A stretch of 64,000 nt of DNA from Pseudomonadota bacterium (GCA_038527375.1 JBCBFU010000003.1:10318-74317), one strand, 5' to 3'; numbered from the stretch's first letter, positions 40,630 to 51,568 are shown. Translations and numbers: made by a program. The notes: generated by a model not told the origin, from the letters alone.

Positions 40630-42060
40630 TCAGCAGCCAGAGATGGCTTTGACCTCGGTGAACTCTTCGATACCAAAGACACCGCCCTCGCGACCGTTGC
40701 CAGACTGCTTCATGCCGCCAAAGGGGGAGCCTTGGGCAAAGCCTGTGCCATTGGTTTCGATCATGCCCGCCCGCAACTGCCGCGCCATGCGCAGGCGGCG
40801 GGTGTCGTCAGTGGTCTGCACGTAATTCGTCAGGCCGTAGGGGGTGTCATTCGCGATGGCGATGGCCTCCTCCTCGGAGTCGAAGGGGATGATCGACAGG
40901 ACGGGGCCAAAAATCTCCTCCTTGGCGATGGTCATCTCGTTCGTGACATCCGCGAATACGGTGGGCCGCACATAGTAGCCGCGGTTCAGCCCGTCGGGGC
41001 GGCCCGTGCCACCGGCCACGAGGCGGGCGCCTTCGTCGATGCCCTGCTGGATCAGGCCCTGGATCTTGTCGAACTGCACCTCGGAAACGACGGGGCCGAT
41101 GTGGCGCCCGGTCTCGTGGGCGCTGGCGACCTTGGTTTTCTGGGCGGTTTCGGCGGCTTGGGCCACGGCTTCGTCATAGCGCGCGCGTTCGACAAGCATC
41201 CGCGTGGGCGCGTTGCAGGATTGACCCGTGTTCGACATGCAGTGGCGCACGCCCCGGATCACGGCCTTTTCATCGGCATCCGCAAAGATCACGTTGGCGC
41301 CTTTGCCGCCCAGTTCGAGGCTGACGCGTTTCAGGTTGGACACGGAGGCCGCCGTAATCAGGCGACCCGCGCGGGTCGAGCCGGTGAAAGATAGCATGTC
41401 CACATCCATATGCGCCGACAGCTGTTGGCCCACGCCGGGACCGTCGCCGTTGACCATGTTGTAGACCCCCGCCGGACAGCCCGCGGCATCCATGATCTCG
41501 GACCACACAACAGACGACAGGGGCGCGATCTCTGACGGTTTCAGAACCATGGTGCAGCCTGCGGCAAGCGCCGGAATGACCTTGAGCGTGACCTGGTTCA
41601 TCGGCCAGTTCCACGGTGTAATCATGCCCACGACGCCGATGGCCTCGCGGCGGATGATCTCGCCCGGGGCGTGGTCGCCCAAGGGGCGTTCCCAGTCGAT
41701 GCTGTCAAAGGTCTTGAGAAACCCCTCGATATGCCAGGAGCCCGCGCCGACCTGGCTGGAGCGGGCGAAGTCGATGGGCGCGCCCATCTCGAGGCTCATC
41801 GCCTTGGCCATGTCGTCCGCGCGGTCATTGTAGACCTCGAGCACCTTTTCGATCAGCGCCTTTCGCTCTGCGGGGGCGGTCGCCATCCAGCCCGGAAGGG
41901 CCGCGCGCGCAGCGGCGACGGCGGCGTCGGTATCGCCCTGATCGCCCAGCGAGATCACGGCGCAGGTTTCTTCGGTCGACGGGTCGATCACGGGGAAATC
42001 ATGGGCCTTGGCCGGGTCGACCCAGGCCCCGTTGATGTAGAATTGGCGCTTTTCGATCAT
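40630..42060 (-). CDS. NAD(P)-dependent aldehyde dehydrogenase
   Basis: 476 aa from MIEKRQFYINGAWVD. LELGGKGA and SNTGQSCNAPTR (catalytic Cys region) present. Confidence 0.9.
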   Translation of the reverse strand: MIEKRQFYINGAWVDPAKAHDFPVIDPSTEETCAVISLGDQGDTDAAVAAARAALPGWMATAPAERKALIEKVLEVYNDRADDMAKAMSLEMGAPIDFARSSQVGAGSWHIEGFLKTFDSIDWERPLGDHAPGEIIRREAIGVVGMITPWNWPMNQVTLKVIPALAAGCTMVLKPSEIAPLSSVVWSEIMDAAGCPAGVYNMVNGDGPGVGQQLSAHMDVDMLSFTGSTRAGRLITAASVSNLKRVSLELGGKGANVIFADADEKAVIRGVRHCMSNTGQSCNAPTRMLVERARYDEAVAQAAETAQKTKVASAHETGRHIGPVVSEVQFDKIQGLIQQGIDEGARLVAGGTGRPDGLNRGYYVRPTVFADVTNEMTIAKEEIFGPVLSIIPFDSEEEAIAIANDTPYGLTNYVQTTDDTRRLRMARQLRAGMIETNGTGFAQGSPFGGMKQSGNGREGGVFGIEEFTEVKAISGC

Positions 42061-42278
42061 GGCACACCTCTTGGGTTTCCCCCGGGGCTTTCCGGAGATT
42101 TCCGCCGGACACTGGCAGTGCCGATAGGCGTCGGCAAGTTCTGATTGGCGCCCCATGTTCCCTGACGTAGCGACGGTGATAGGGCAGGGATGTCGGCTGC
42201 GACGCTGTGGGCGGCGCTTTCGGGATGACTCGCCCCTGTGCTTGGCCTAGGACTTGCGCAATGTCTAAAGGAGATGAC

Positions 42279-43322
42279 ATGATGGCTGTTTTCCCGTCCG
42301 TGCGCCCCGCTATGTGTACCGCTGCCCTTGCCCTGTTGGCTGGCCCCTTGGCCGCGCAGGAAGTGACGCTGAAGCTGCACGAATTTCTACCCGCCGGGTC
42401 CACGGTCCCGCGCGAGATCGTGCATGTTTGGGCCGACAAGATCGAAGAAGAGAGCCAGAATCGCATCAAGATCGACCGCTTCAGCGGCATGGCGCTGGGT
42501 GGTGCCCCGCCCGAGTTGATGGATCAGACCATCGACGGTGTCACCGATATCGCGTGGACGGTTGTGGGCTATACCCCCGGTCGTTTCCCGCAAACCGAGG
42601 TGTTCGAACTGCCGTTCCAGTTGCGTGATGGGGCCGAAGCCTCCTGCGCGTTTTGGACCATGTATGAAGAGCACATGACCGAGGATTTCGCGGATGTGAA
42701 GGTTCTGGGAACCTGGGTGCATGGTCCGGGCGTGATCCACTCTGCCGAGCCGGTCGAGACGCCCGCCGATCTGGACGGCCTCAAGGTGCGCGGCGGATCG
42801 CGCATCGTGAACGAGGTGCTGGAAGCTGCGGGTGCCACACCCGTCGGCATGCCTGTCCCTGCCGTGCCCGAGGCGCTGTCGAAGGGTGTGATCGATGCCA
42901 CGACAATCCCGTGGGAGGTGACCGGGTCGCTCAAGACCTCGGACCTTGTGGAATACCACACGGAGTTCGAGGGTGAGTGGCTCTATACCCTGACCTTCGT
43001 GATGGTGATGAACAAGGACGTGTTCGCGGGTCTGCCCGCCGATCTGCAGGCGGTGATCGAAGAGAACTCGGGCCTCGATTTCTCGATCTTTGCGGGCAAG
43101 ACGCAACAAGCCTTTGACGCGCCGGAGCGTGAGGTCGCCGTCGAAAACGGGAACGAGATTTTCCTTGTGACCGAGACCGGCCCGTGGACCGCAGCCGTGA
43201 CGCCCATCATCGCCGACTGGGTGGCGGATATGTCCGAGATCGGTGTGGACGGTCAGGCACTGATCGACCAGTCGCAGGCGCTGATGGCCGGGCAATGCGC
43301 CGGGGCTGACGCCGACCTGTAA
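42279..43322 (+). CDS. TRAP transporter substrate-binding protein (DctP family)
   Basis: 347 aa with a signal peptide. An AAGGAG Shine-Dalgarno lies upstream of the ATG at 42279. It is followed by the small and large permease genes. Confidence 0.8.
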   Translation: MMAVFPSVRPAMCTAALALLAGPLAAQEVTLKLHEFLPAGSTVPREIVHVWADKIEEESQNRIKIDRFSGMALGGAPPELMDQTIDGVTDIAWTVVGYTPGRFPQTEVFELPFQLRDGAEASCAFWTMYEEHMTEDFADVKVLGTWVHGPGVIHSAEPVETPADLDGLKVRGGSRIVNEVLEAAGATPVGMPVPAVPEALSKGVIDATTIPWEVTGSLKTSDLVEYHTEFEGEWLYTLTFVMVMNKDVFAGLPADLQAVIEENSGLDFSIFAGKTQQAFDAPEREVAVENGNEIFLVTETGPWTAAVTPIIADWVADMSEIGVDGQALIDQSQALMAGQCAGADADL

Positions 43323-43333
43323 CGGCGGCGGGC

Positions 43334-43840
43334 GTGTATCCGTTGATGGACCGCCTTGCACGCGCGATGGCGTGGTTGGGCGGTCTTGTCCTGACGGGTC
43401 TGATCGTGATGACCTGCCTGTCTGTGCTGGGGCGCGGCATCGGATTGGGGCCGATTGAGGGGGATTTCGAGATCGTGGAGGCCGGGATGGCCTTTGTGAT
43501 CTTTGCGTTCCTGCCGATCTGTCAGCTGACTGCGGGGCACGCCACGGTGGATGTCTTTACCAACGGGTTGCCGGGTGGCGCGCAACGGGGCCTGCGCGCG
43601 GGGATCGACGTGGTCTTTGCGGCAGTGCTAATCGTGATCGCGGTGCAGCTTTGGGCCGGGCTGATGAGCAAGTTTGCCAGCGGTCAGGTGTCCTTCATCC
43701 TCGGCTTTCCGGTGTGGTGGGGCTACGCAGGTGCGATGCTGGGCGCGCTCGCGTCTTCGGCCGTGGCGATCTATGTGGCCGTCCTGCGTGTGGCCGGTGT
43801 CGCGCTGGGCCGCGATCTGTTGCCGGAGCCTGAGGGATGA
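43334..43840 (+). CDS. TRAP transporter small permease (DctQ family)
   Basis: About 165 aa with 4 transmembrane segments. Start is either GTG 43334 or ATG 43346. The stop overlaps the dctM-like start. Confidence 0.8.
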   Translation: MYPLMDRLARAMAWLGGLVLTGLIVMTCLSVLGRGIGLGPIEGDFEIVEAGMAFVIFAFLPICQLTAGHATVDVFTNGLPGGAQRGLRAGIDVVFAAVLIVIAVQLWAGLMSKFASGQVSFILGFPVWWGYAGAMLGALASSAVAIYVAVLRVAGVALGRDLLPEPEG

Positions 43841-45333
43841 GCGATTTGGCGATTGGCGCCTTGTCGTTTCCGGCGCTTCTGCTTCTGATTTTTGCGCGGG
43901 TGCCCATCGGGCTTGCCATGTTCCTGACCGGGGCGGTGGGGCTCGTTCTGGTGACGGGCGACTGGTCGCTGCCGCTGGCGCGCTTGAAGTCCGAGACCTA
44001 CACGACCTTTTCGAATTACTCGCTGTCGATCGTGCCGATGTTCCTGCTGATGGGGTATTTCGCGACGCTGGGCGGGATGAGCCAAGCGCTGTTCAAAGCG
44101 GCGGAGGGGTTTCTGGGTCACCGCAAGGGCGGTGTGGCCATGGCCGCGGTCGGGGCCTGTGCCGGGTTCGGGGCGATCTGCGGGTCGTCGCTGGCCACCG
44201 CGGCGACCATGGGGCGGGTCGCCCTGCCGGAGTTGCGCCGGCACGGCTATGCGGGCGGGTTTTCAACCGCCACGCTGGCGGCGGGGGGCACGCTGGGCAT
44301 CCTGATCCCGCCATCGGTGGTGTTGGTGATTTATGCGATCCTGACGGAGCAGAACATCGCCAAGCTGTTCCTGGCTGCTTTCATCCCCGGGGCGCTGGCC
44401 GCGTTGGGGTACATGCTGGCCATTGCGATCTACGCGCGGCTGCACCCGGATGAGGTGGGCGTGAAGGCGCGGGTCGGATGGGGCACGCGGCTGCGCTTGC
44501 TGGCGGCTGTCTGGCCAGTTTTGGCGGTGTTCGCGCTGGTCGTGGGCGGCATCTATGCGGGGTGGTTCACCCCGACCGAAGGCGCGGCCGTGGGCGCATT
44601 GGGGACCGGGCTGATCGCCATGGTGCAGGGCGGGCTGACATGGGCCACGCTGGGCGAAAGCTTCCGATCGACCGCGCGGGCCACGGGCATGATCTTTTTC
44701 ATCGTGCTGGGGGCCGCGTTCTACAACGGGTTTCTGGCGCTGACGCAGGTGCCGCAAGAGGCGGCCGCATGGGTGGGTGGGCAGGGTTTTGCGCCTTACA
44801 CGGTGCTGATCGTGATCCTGATCTTCTATCTGCTCTTGGGCTGCCTGATGGATTCGCTGTCGATGATCCTGTTGACCGTGCCGATCTTCTGGCCGGTGGT
44901 GCAGGGGCTCGATTTCGGGTTTGTGACGATGGTCGAGTTGCAGTCGGCGCGGTTGGAGGCGCTGGTGGCCTCGGGCGCCGAGATTGCGGCGGGCACCTTG
45001 GTCGAGGCGCGGGGGATGTTGGCGGCGGGTGAGGAGTTGACGCGCGAGTTGCGCCGCGAGCTGGGCCTGCGTGGGGTGTCGAACGGTGTTCTGGCTCGCA
45101 TCAACACGGAACAGGTCGCGATCTGGTTCGGGATCATGGTGCTGATCGTGGTCGAGGTCGGGTTGATCACGCCGCCGGTTGGGATGAACCTCTTTGTCAT
45201 CAACGCGATGGACCGGGCGACACCGATCACGGCGACCTACCGGGCGGTGCTGTATTTCGTGGCCTCGGATCTGATCCGGGTCGCGATCCTGCTTGCGTTT
45301 CCGGTGATCACGCTGATTTTGGTGCCTTGGTAG
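43837..45333 (+). CDS. TRAP transporter large permease (DctM family) with an internal insertion of about 65 aa
   Basis: 498 aa. The DctM pattern includes GLITPPVGMNLFV. Residues about 361-427 are a hydrophilic insertion. Confidence 0.85.
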   Translation: MSDLAIGALSFPALLLLIFARVPIGLAMFLTGAVGLVLVTGDWSLPLARLKSETYTTFSNYSLSIVPMFLLMGYFATLGGMSQALFKAAEGFLGHRKGGVAMAAVGACAGFGAICGSSLATAATMGRVALPELRRHGYAGGFSTATLAAGGTLGILIPPSVVLVIYAILTEQNIAKLFLAAFIPGALAALGYMLAIAIYARLHPDEVGVKARVGWGTRLRLLAAVWPVLAVFALVVGGIYAGWFTPTEGAAVGALGTGLIAMVQGGLTWATLGESFRSTARATGMIFFIVLGAAFYNGFLALTQVPQEAAAWVGGQGFAPYTVLIVILIFYLLLGCLMDSLSMILLTVPIFWPVVQGLDFGFVTMVELQSARLEALVASGAEIAAGTLVEARGMLAAGEELTRELRRELGLRGVSNGVLARINTEQVAIWFGIMVLIVVEVGLITPPVGMNLFVINAMDRATPITATYRAVLYFVASDLIRVAILLAFPVITLILVPW

Positions 45334-45348
45334 TCTCGGGAGGGCGGA

Positions 45349-46107
45349 ATGCAGATTGACGGACAGGTAGCGATTGTCACGGGCGGCGCGCGGGGCCTTG
45401 GCGGGGCGACGGCGGCGCATCTGGCCGCGCTAGGCGCAAAGGTCGCCGTGCTGGACTACGACGCCGAGGGGGCGCAGGCCGCAGCGGACAAAATCGGCGG
45501 GGCCGGGTTCGGCGTAGATGTGCGGGATGCCGCGGCTGTTGAGGCTGTCGTGGATCAGGTGGCCGATACGCTGGGCGCTGCGCGGGTTGTCGTGAACTGC
45601 GCAGGCATCGCGGATGCGGCGCGGATCGTGGGGCGCGACGGTGCAACCTCGGTCGATCTGTTTCGGCGTGTGATCGAGGTGAACCTGATCGGGTCATACA
45701 CCGTGGCGAGTTTCGCGGTGAAGCACATGATGGATCTGGAGCCCTTGGACGGTGAGCGCGGGGTGGTCATCAACACATCTTCGGTCGCCTATGAAGACGG
45801 GCAAATGGGGCAGAGCGCCTATGCGGCCTCGAAGGGCGGGATCGCAGGCATGACGTTGCCGCTGGCGCGGGAACTGGCGCGGCCCGGTATCAGGGTGATG
45901 GCGATTGCGCCGGGGCTCTTTCGCACGCCGATGATGGAGAGCCTGCCCGATGAGGTGACCGAGAAGATCACGGCAAATATCCCGTTCCCGGCCCGGTTGG
46001 GCGACCCGAACGAGTTTGCCCGTTTGGCGGCGGATATTGTCGGCAACTCCTATCTGAACGGGTCGGTCATCCGGCTGGACGGGGCGGTGCGTCTGCCGCC
46101 CAAGTAG
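45349..46107 (+). CDS. SDR-family oxidoreductase (3-hydroxyacyl-CoA dehydrogenase type-2-like)
   Basis: 252 aa. TGGARGLG and YAASKGG motifs present. Confidence 0.85.
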   Translation: MQIDGQVAIVTGGARGLGGATAAHLAALGAKVAVLDYDAEGAQAAADKIGGAGFGVDVRDAAAVEAVVDQVADTLGAARVVVNCAGIADAARIVGRDGATSVDLFRRVIEVNLIGSYTVASFAVKHMMDLEPLDGERGVVINTSSVAYEDGQMGQSAYAASKGGIAGMTLPLARELARPGIRVMAIAPGLFRTPMMESLPDEVTEKITANIPFPARLGDPNEFARLAADIVGNSYLNGSVIRLDGAVRLPPK

Positions 46108-46229
46108 GGGACGCCCGTCCTTGCCCCGGGGTCCGGGGTGGAACGAATGGTCTTTCCGATGCGGTTCCCCCTCTACAAACGAGGACAGGATCACTAGGTT
46201 GGCCTCAACGTTACTGAGGAGGCGAACTG

Positions 46230-46877
46230 ATGCGCATCAATGACACTATTCCCGACCTGACCGTCACGACCGACAAGGGCGAGATTTCGCTGCACGACTG
46301 GATCGGTGACAGCTGGGCGATCATCTTCTCGCACCCCAAGGACTTTACCCCCGTCTGCACGACCGAGTTTTCGGCGGTGGCGCAGCTGGCGTCGGAATGG
46401 GCCGCGCGCAATACCAAGGTTCTGGGCGTGTCCGTGGACGGCGTGGAAGATCACGTGAAGTGGAAGGCCGACATCGAGTCGGTGGGCGGTGCCAAGCCTG
46501 ACTTTGCCATCGTGGCCGATGACGGGCTGGAAATGGCCAAAGCGTTTGACATGCTGCCCGCAGAAGCCGTGCTGCCCGATGGGCGTACGCCTGCGGATTC
46601 CGCGACCGTGCGGTCGGTGTTCATTGTCGGCCCCGACAAGGGTCTGAAACTGTCGATGACCTATCCCATGACGGTTGGGCGCAACTTCTCGGAGATCTTG
46701 CGCGCGCTGGATGCCTTGCAGACCTCGGCCAAGGAAGGTGTCGCGACGCCGGCGAACTGGGAGATCGGTCAGGACATCGTTGTGCCTGTCGCGGTGAGCG
46801 ATGAGGATGCGATTGCCAAATACGGCGCGATCGACACCAAGCTGCCCTATCTGCGGATGGCGAAGCTTCCGTCGTAA
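46230..46877 (+). CDS. 1-Cys peroxiredoxin (Prx6-type)
   Basis: 215 aa with FSHPKDFTPVCTTE. Confidence 0.9.
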   Translation: MRINDTIPDLTVTTDKGEISLHDWIGDSWAIIFSHPKDFTPVCTTEFSAVAQLASEWAARNTKVLGVSVDGVEDHVKWKADIESVGGAKPDFAIVADDGLEMAKAFDMLPAEAVLPDGRTPADSATVRSVFIVGPDKGLKLSMTYPMTVGRNFSEILRALDALQTSAKEGVATPANWEIGQDIVVPVAVSDEDAIAKYGAIDTKLPYLRMAKLPS

Positions 46878-46947
46878 GTCGGGGCTGCTCTGTTTGGGTC
46901 CTGAACGGACCCAAAGGCGCCCACCCTCCGACCCAGCGTGACAAGAA

Positions 46948-46977
46948 AGGCCGCCTCACATCCGTGGGCGGCCTTTT
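46948..46977. terminator. Bidirectional hairpin terminator between convergent genes
   Basis: AGGCCGCCTCAC-ATCC-GTGGGCGGCCT, flanked by A-rich sequence upstream and TTTT downstream. Confidence 0.6.
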
Positions 46978-46995
46978 GCGTGGATTGAGGGGACG

Positions 46996-47568
46996 TTAGC
47001 CCAGAACGACGCGCGCGCCGCGGGGCACGCGTTGGTAGAGGTCCGCCACATGCGCGTTAACCATCCGCACGCAGCCGTTGGAGTTGCGTGTGCGCATGGA
47101 CCACGGCACCGGCGTTCCGTGGATGCGTAGGAAGGTGTCGCGGCCCCCGTCAAAGAGATAGAGCGCGCGTGAGCCCAACGGGTTTTCCGGCCCGCCCTCC
47201 ATGCCGTCCTCGTGCTGTTTGTAGATTTCGGGTTCGCGTTCGATCATCGCGGCGGTGGGCGTCCAGCGCGGCCATTCCTTTTTCGCGCCGACGCGGAAGG
47301 TCCCGCTTTCATAGAGACCCGGACGACCGATACCGACGATATACTTGATTGCGCGGCCTTCAGGCAGGGTCCAGTAGAGCGCGAATTCGGATGGAACAAC
47401 CTGAATTTCGCCCGCTGCCCAGCCGCGATCGAGCTGCACCAAGGTGGGCATGTTTTCCTGCGGCACGTTGTAGTTGAACTGGGTCGTCTGGGCGATTGCC
47501 GGTGCAGCAAGCGCGGCAGCGCCGGTTGCGATGAGGGCGCGGCGGGTAAAAGATCGGGTGGGGGTCAT
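46996..47568 (-). CDS. L,D-transpeptidase (YkuD domain) with a Tat-type signal peptide
   Basis: 190 aa. RRALIATGAAALAAPAIAQ is the signal; RIHGT...SNGCVRM is the active site. Confidence 0.85.
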   Translation of the reverse strand: MTPTRSFTRRALIATGAAALAAPAIAQTTQFNYNVPQENMPTLVQLDRGWAAGEIQVVPSEFALYWTLPEGRAIKYIVGIGRPGLYESGTFRVGAKKEWPRWTPTAAMIEREPEIYKQHEDGMEGGPENPLGSRALYLFDGGRDTFLRIHGTPVPWSMRTRNSNGCVRMVNAHVADLYQRVPRGARVVLG

Positions 47569-47700
47569 GGCAGCCTCCGGAAACTGGTCTTCGATACGCT
47601 AACGGGTGAGCGGCGGCTAAGTTGCTCACGTTTAGGTCAACGGTGTCTGATTACCGCAGTTGATGCGGGGGGGCCACAGTGGTTGGGGAGGATGAAGTGG

Positions 47701-47820
47701 ATTTACCCAGTGGTACCCGGTGATACTCAGTCGTACCCAGTGATACCCGGTCGTACTCAGTGAAACTTGGACTTACCCGGTGATACCCGGCTGTACCTGG
47801 TGATACCCGAACTTACACGT
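47701..47820. repeat. Twelve tandem 10-bp units (consensus TGATACCCGG), or six 20-bp super-units
   Basis: Units: atttacccag, tggtacccgg, tgatactcag, tcgtacccag, tgatacccgg, tcgtactcag, tgaaacttgg, acttacccgg, tgatacccgg, ctgtacctgg, tgatacccga, acttacacgt. The period is exactly 10 bp. The last unit overlaps the stop codon of the ATPase gene. Confidence 0.9.
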
Positions 47821-49024
47821 CATCGAGGGTTTTCAACCACGCGGCAAAGGCGTTGGTGGGAAGACGATATAAGCCCGGCTTGTCGGGATGGGCTTCGAGC
47901 GCATCAGATGTCTTCATCTTCCTCAGCGCATTGGCGACATTGTCGGGCGAAACGGGTTCCGCGGCCTTGGTGATCTGTTGCCGCGTCAGCCAGTCGGTCC
48001 CATGGTCGGCCATGGCGCGCAGGACAGCCTTGTAGTTGTCTGACGTCGCGGCGGATTTGTAGACTCCATCAAAGAAGTCTGCGCCGATATCTCGGGTTGC
48101 CGCCGGAAATGCAGTCTCTACGGCCTCAGCATCGACGGGTCCTGTTCCGGCCTGATCGAAGGCTGCATAGGCGTATGTTTGCAAGAAGAACGGGTATCCT
48201 TCAGACAAATCTGAAAGCAGATCTTCGGCGTCGTCGGTCATGTCGCGGGGCTGGTTTGCCGTGGCGTTTGCAAGGCGCATTCCCGTCCTCAGGATCTCAC
48301 GCCGTTCGAGATCTGCGAGGGGCGTCAAAGTCATGCTTTTGAAAATTCGTAAGACAGACTGATGATTGTCATAGAGATGGGCACGCAAGATCGGTTGCCC
48401 CGCGACAAGCATCAGGAGCTTGGCGACTTTCTGACGTTGGAGCCGCTCTGTAAAGTCTTTGAGCCACGTTGCGAGGCCAGCATCTGGGGGTGGGGCGTCG
48501 GCCTCGTCAAAGGTTATGAAGACCCCTTGGAAGAAGCCCAACCGTTCCACCTCGGCCAGTTTGTCGACGAGGGTGCCGAGTGCCTGATTATGGGATACCG
48601 GCGTTTCAGGGCGATGATAGTGGACGCCCAAAATCTCCCAATTCAGCAGGAAGTCGACGATCGCCCTCAAACCGGGGCTCGCGACGTTGCGGGTGTCGAG
48701 GGCAAGCTTGAGGTGATCAGCCACGCGGCGGGTGATCTCGAACATGTCGCTCACCCCAGCCAGAGAGACTGAGACCACAAGGAAATCGAAGTCTGTCGTT
48801 TCGCCGGGCAGATCGTCCGCGGCCATCAGCTCGCAAAATTGGAGCAATGATGACTTGCCGATGCCGCGCTCGCCCATCAGCAAAATATGCTTCACCGGAT
48901 CGCCGTGGTAGGCAGCGCTGAGGCTTTGGGCCACGGCGTCAATCTCCGATGCCCGACCGCGAAAGATGTCAGGCGTTGCAGGTTGCGCTGGGCGAAACGG
49001 ATTTCTGGATCTGTTCAACCTCAT
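47813..49024 (-). CDS. P-loop ATPase (Orc1/Cdc6- or Arch_ATPase-like AAA+) with a C-terminal winged-helix domain
   Basis: 403 aa. NPFRPAQPATPDIFRGRASE leader; Walker A LMGERGIGKSSL; Walker B VFITFDEAD. The C-terminal YKAVLRAMADHG..WLTRQQI...ALRKM...LYRL is wHTH-like. Third codon positions are much richer in A/T than in neighbouring genes. Confidence 0.7.
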   Translation of the reverse strand: MRLNRSRNPFRPAQPATPDIFRGRASEIDAVAQSLSAAYHGDPVKHILLMGERGIGKSSLLQFCELMAADDLPGETTDFDFLVVSVSLAGVSDMFEITRRVADHLKLALDTRNVASPGLRAIVDFLLNWEILGVHYHRPETPVSHNQALGTLVDKLAEVERLGFFQGVFITFDEADAPPPDAGLATWLKDFTERLQRQKVAKLLMLVAGQPILRAHLYDNHQSVLRIFKSMTLTPLADLERREILRTGMRLANATANQPRDMTDDAEDLLSDLSEGYPFFLQTYAYAAFDQAGTGPVDAEAVETAFPAATRDIGADFFDGVYKSAATSDNYKAVLRAMADHGTDWLTRQQITKAAEPVSPDNVANALRKMKTSDALEAHPDKPGLYRLPTNAFAAWLKTLDDV

Positions 49025-49033
49025 GGTGCACCG

Positions 49034-49061
49034 AGGTTATCGGTTCGTCGAACGTGGTCAA
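49034..49061 (-). promoter_or_regulatory. Candidate sigma-70 promoter of the ATPase gene, implying a near-leaderless mRNA
   Basis: On the minus strand, TTGACC-16 nt-TAACCT ends 9 nt before the ATG. There is no Shine-Dalgarno in between. Confidence 0.35.
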
Positions 49062-49071
49062 AGGCATCGAA

Positions 49072-49103
49072 ACAAAAAAGCCCCGGGTGTGATACCCGGG
49101 GCT
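49072..49103 (-). terminator. Rho-independent terminator of pnp
   Basis: On the minus strand: AGCCCCGGGT-ATCAC-ACCCGGGGCT followed by TTTTTTG. Confidence 0.85.
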
Positions 49104-49128
49104 TTCGTGTTTCGAGGGGAGGTAAGGC

Positions 49129-51261
<2,133 letters not shown>

Positions 51262-51568
51262 CATCGTATCCTGTCTGGAGGCACTCCCGACCCCTGCCGG
51301 GTCCTCCGATTTCATGGTGGCCCCATTGCCACCGACCCCTGTTCCTTAGCCGAACGCCGGGGTCCACTGCGTTCCGTCTCAGATAGCGGGGCGCATACAG
51401 TGTTTTGGCGGGAATTGGAAATGGAAGTTCGACGGTCCGCGTCATGGCCTTTCCGGCGATGTCAGATCGATGGACTTTTTTGCAACCTGCCGCGGCGGAA
51501 ATGCGTTGTTCGCGCGTTGAACTGCGCGTGCCTGCATTCTTGGCGCGCTCGATTTTAGGAGATTAACG

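Noticed and set aside
47701-47820. Possible CRISPR array or coding tandem repeat
   Set aside because: The 10-bp period is far too short for CRISPR repeat-spacer units, and there are no unique spacers or cas genes. The period is not a multiple of 3, and stop codons interrupt the frames.
51262-51568. Possible small gene or RNA in the 300-bp region between pnp and the YHYH gene
   Set aside because: Only short hairpins are visible, and there is no ORF with a Shine-Dalgarno or a recognisable RNA motif. It is most simply a divergent promoter region plus a structured pnp leader.
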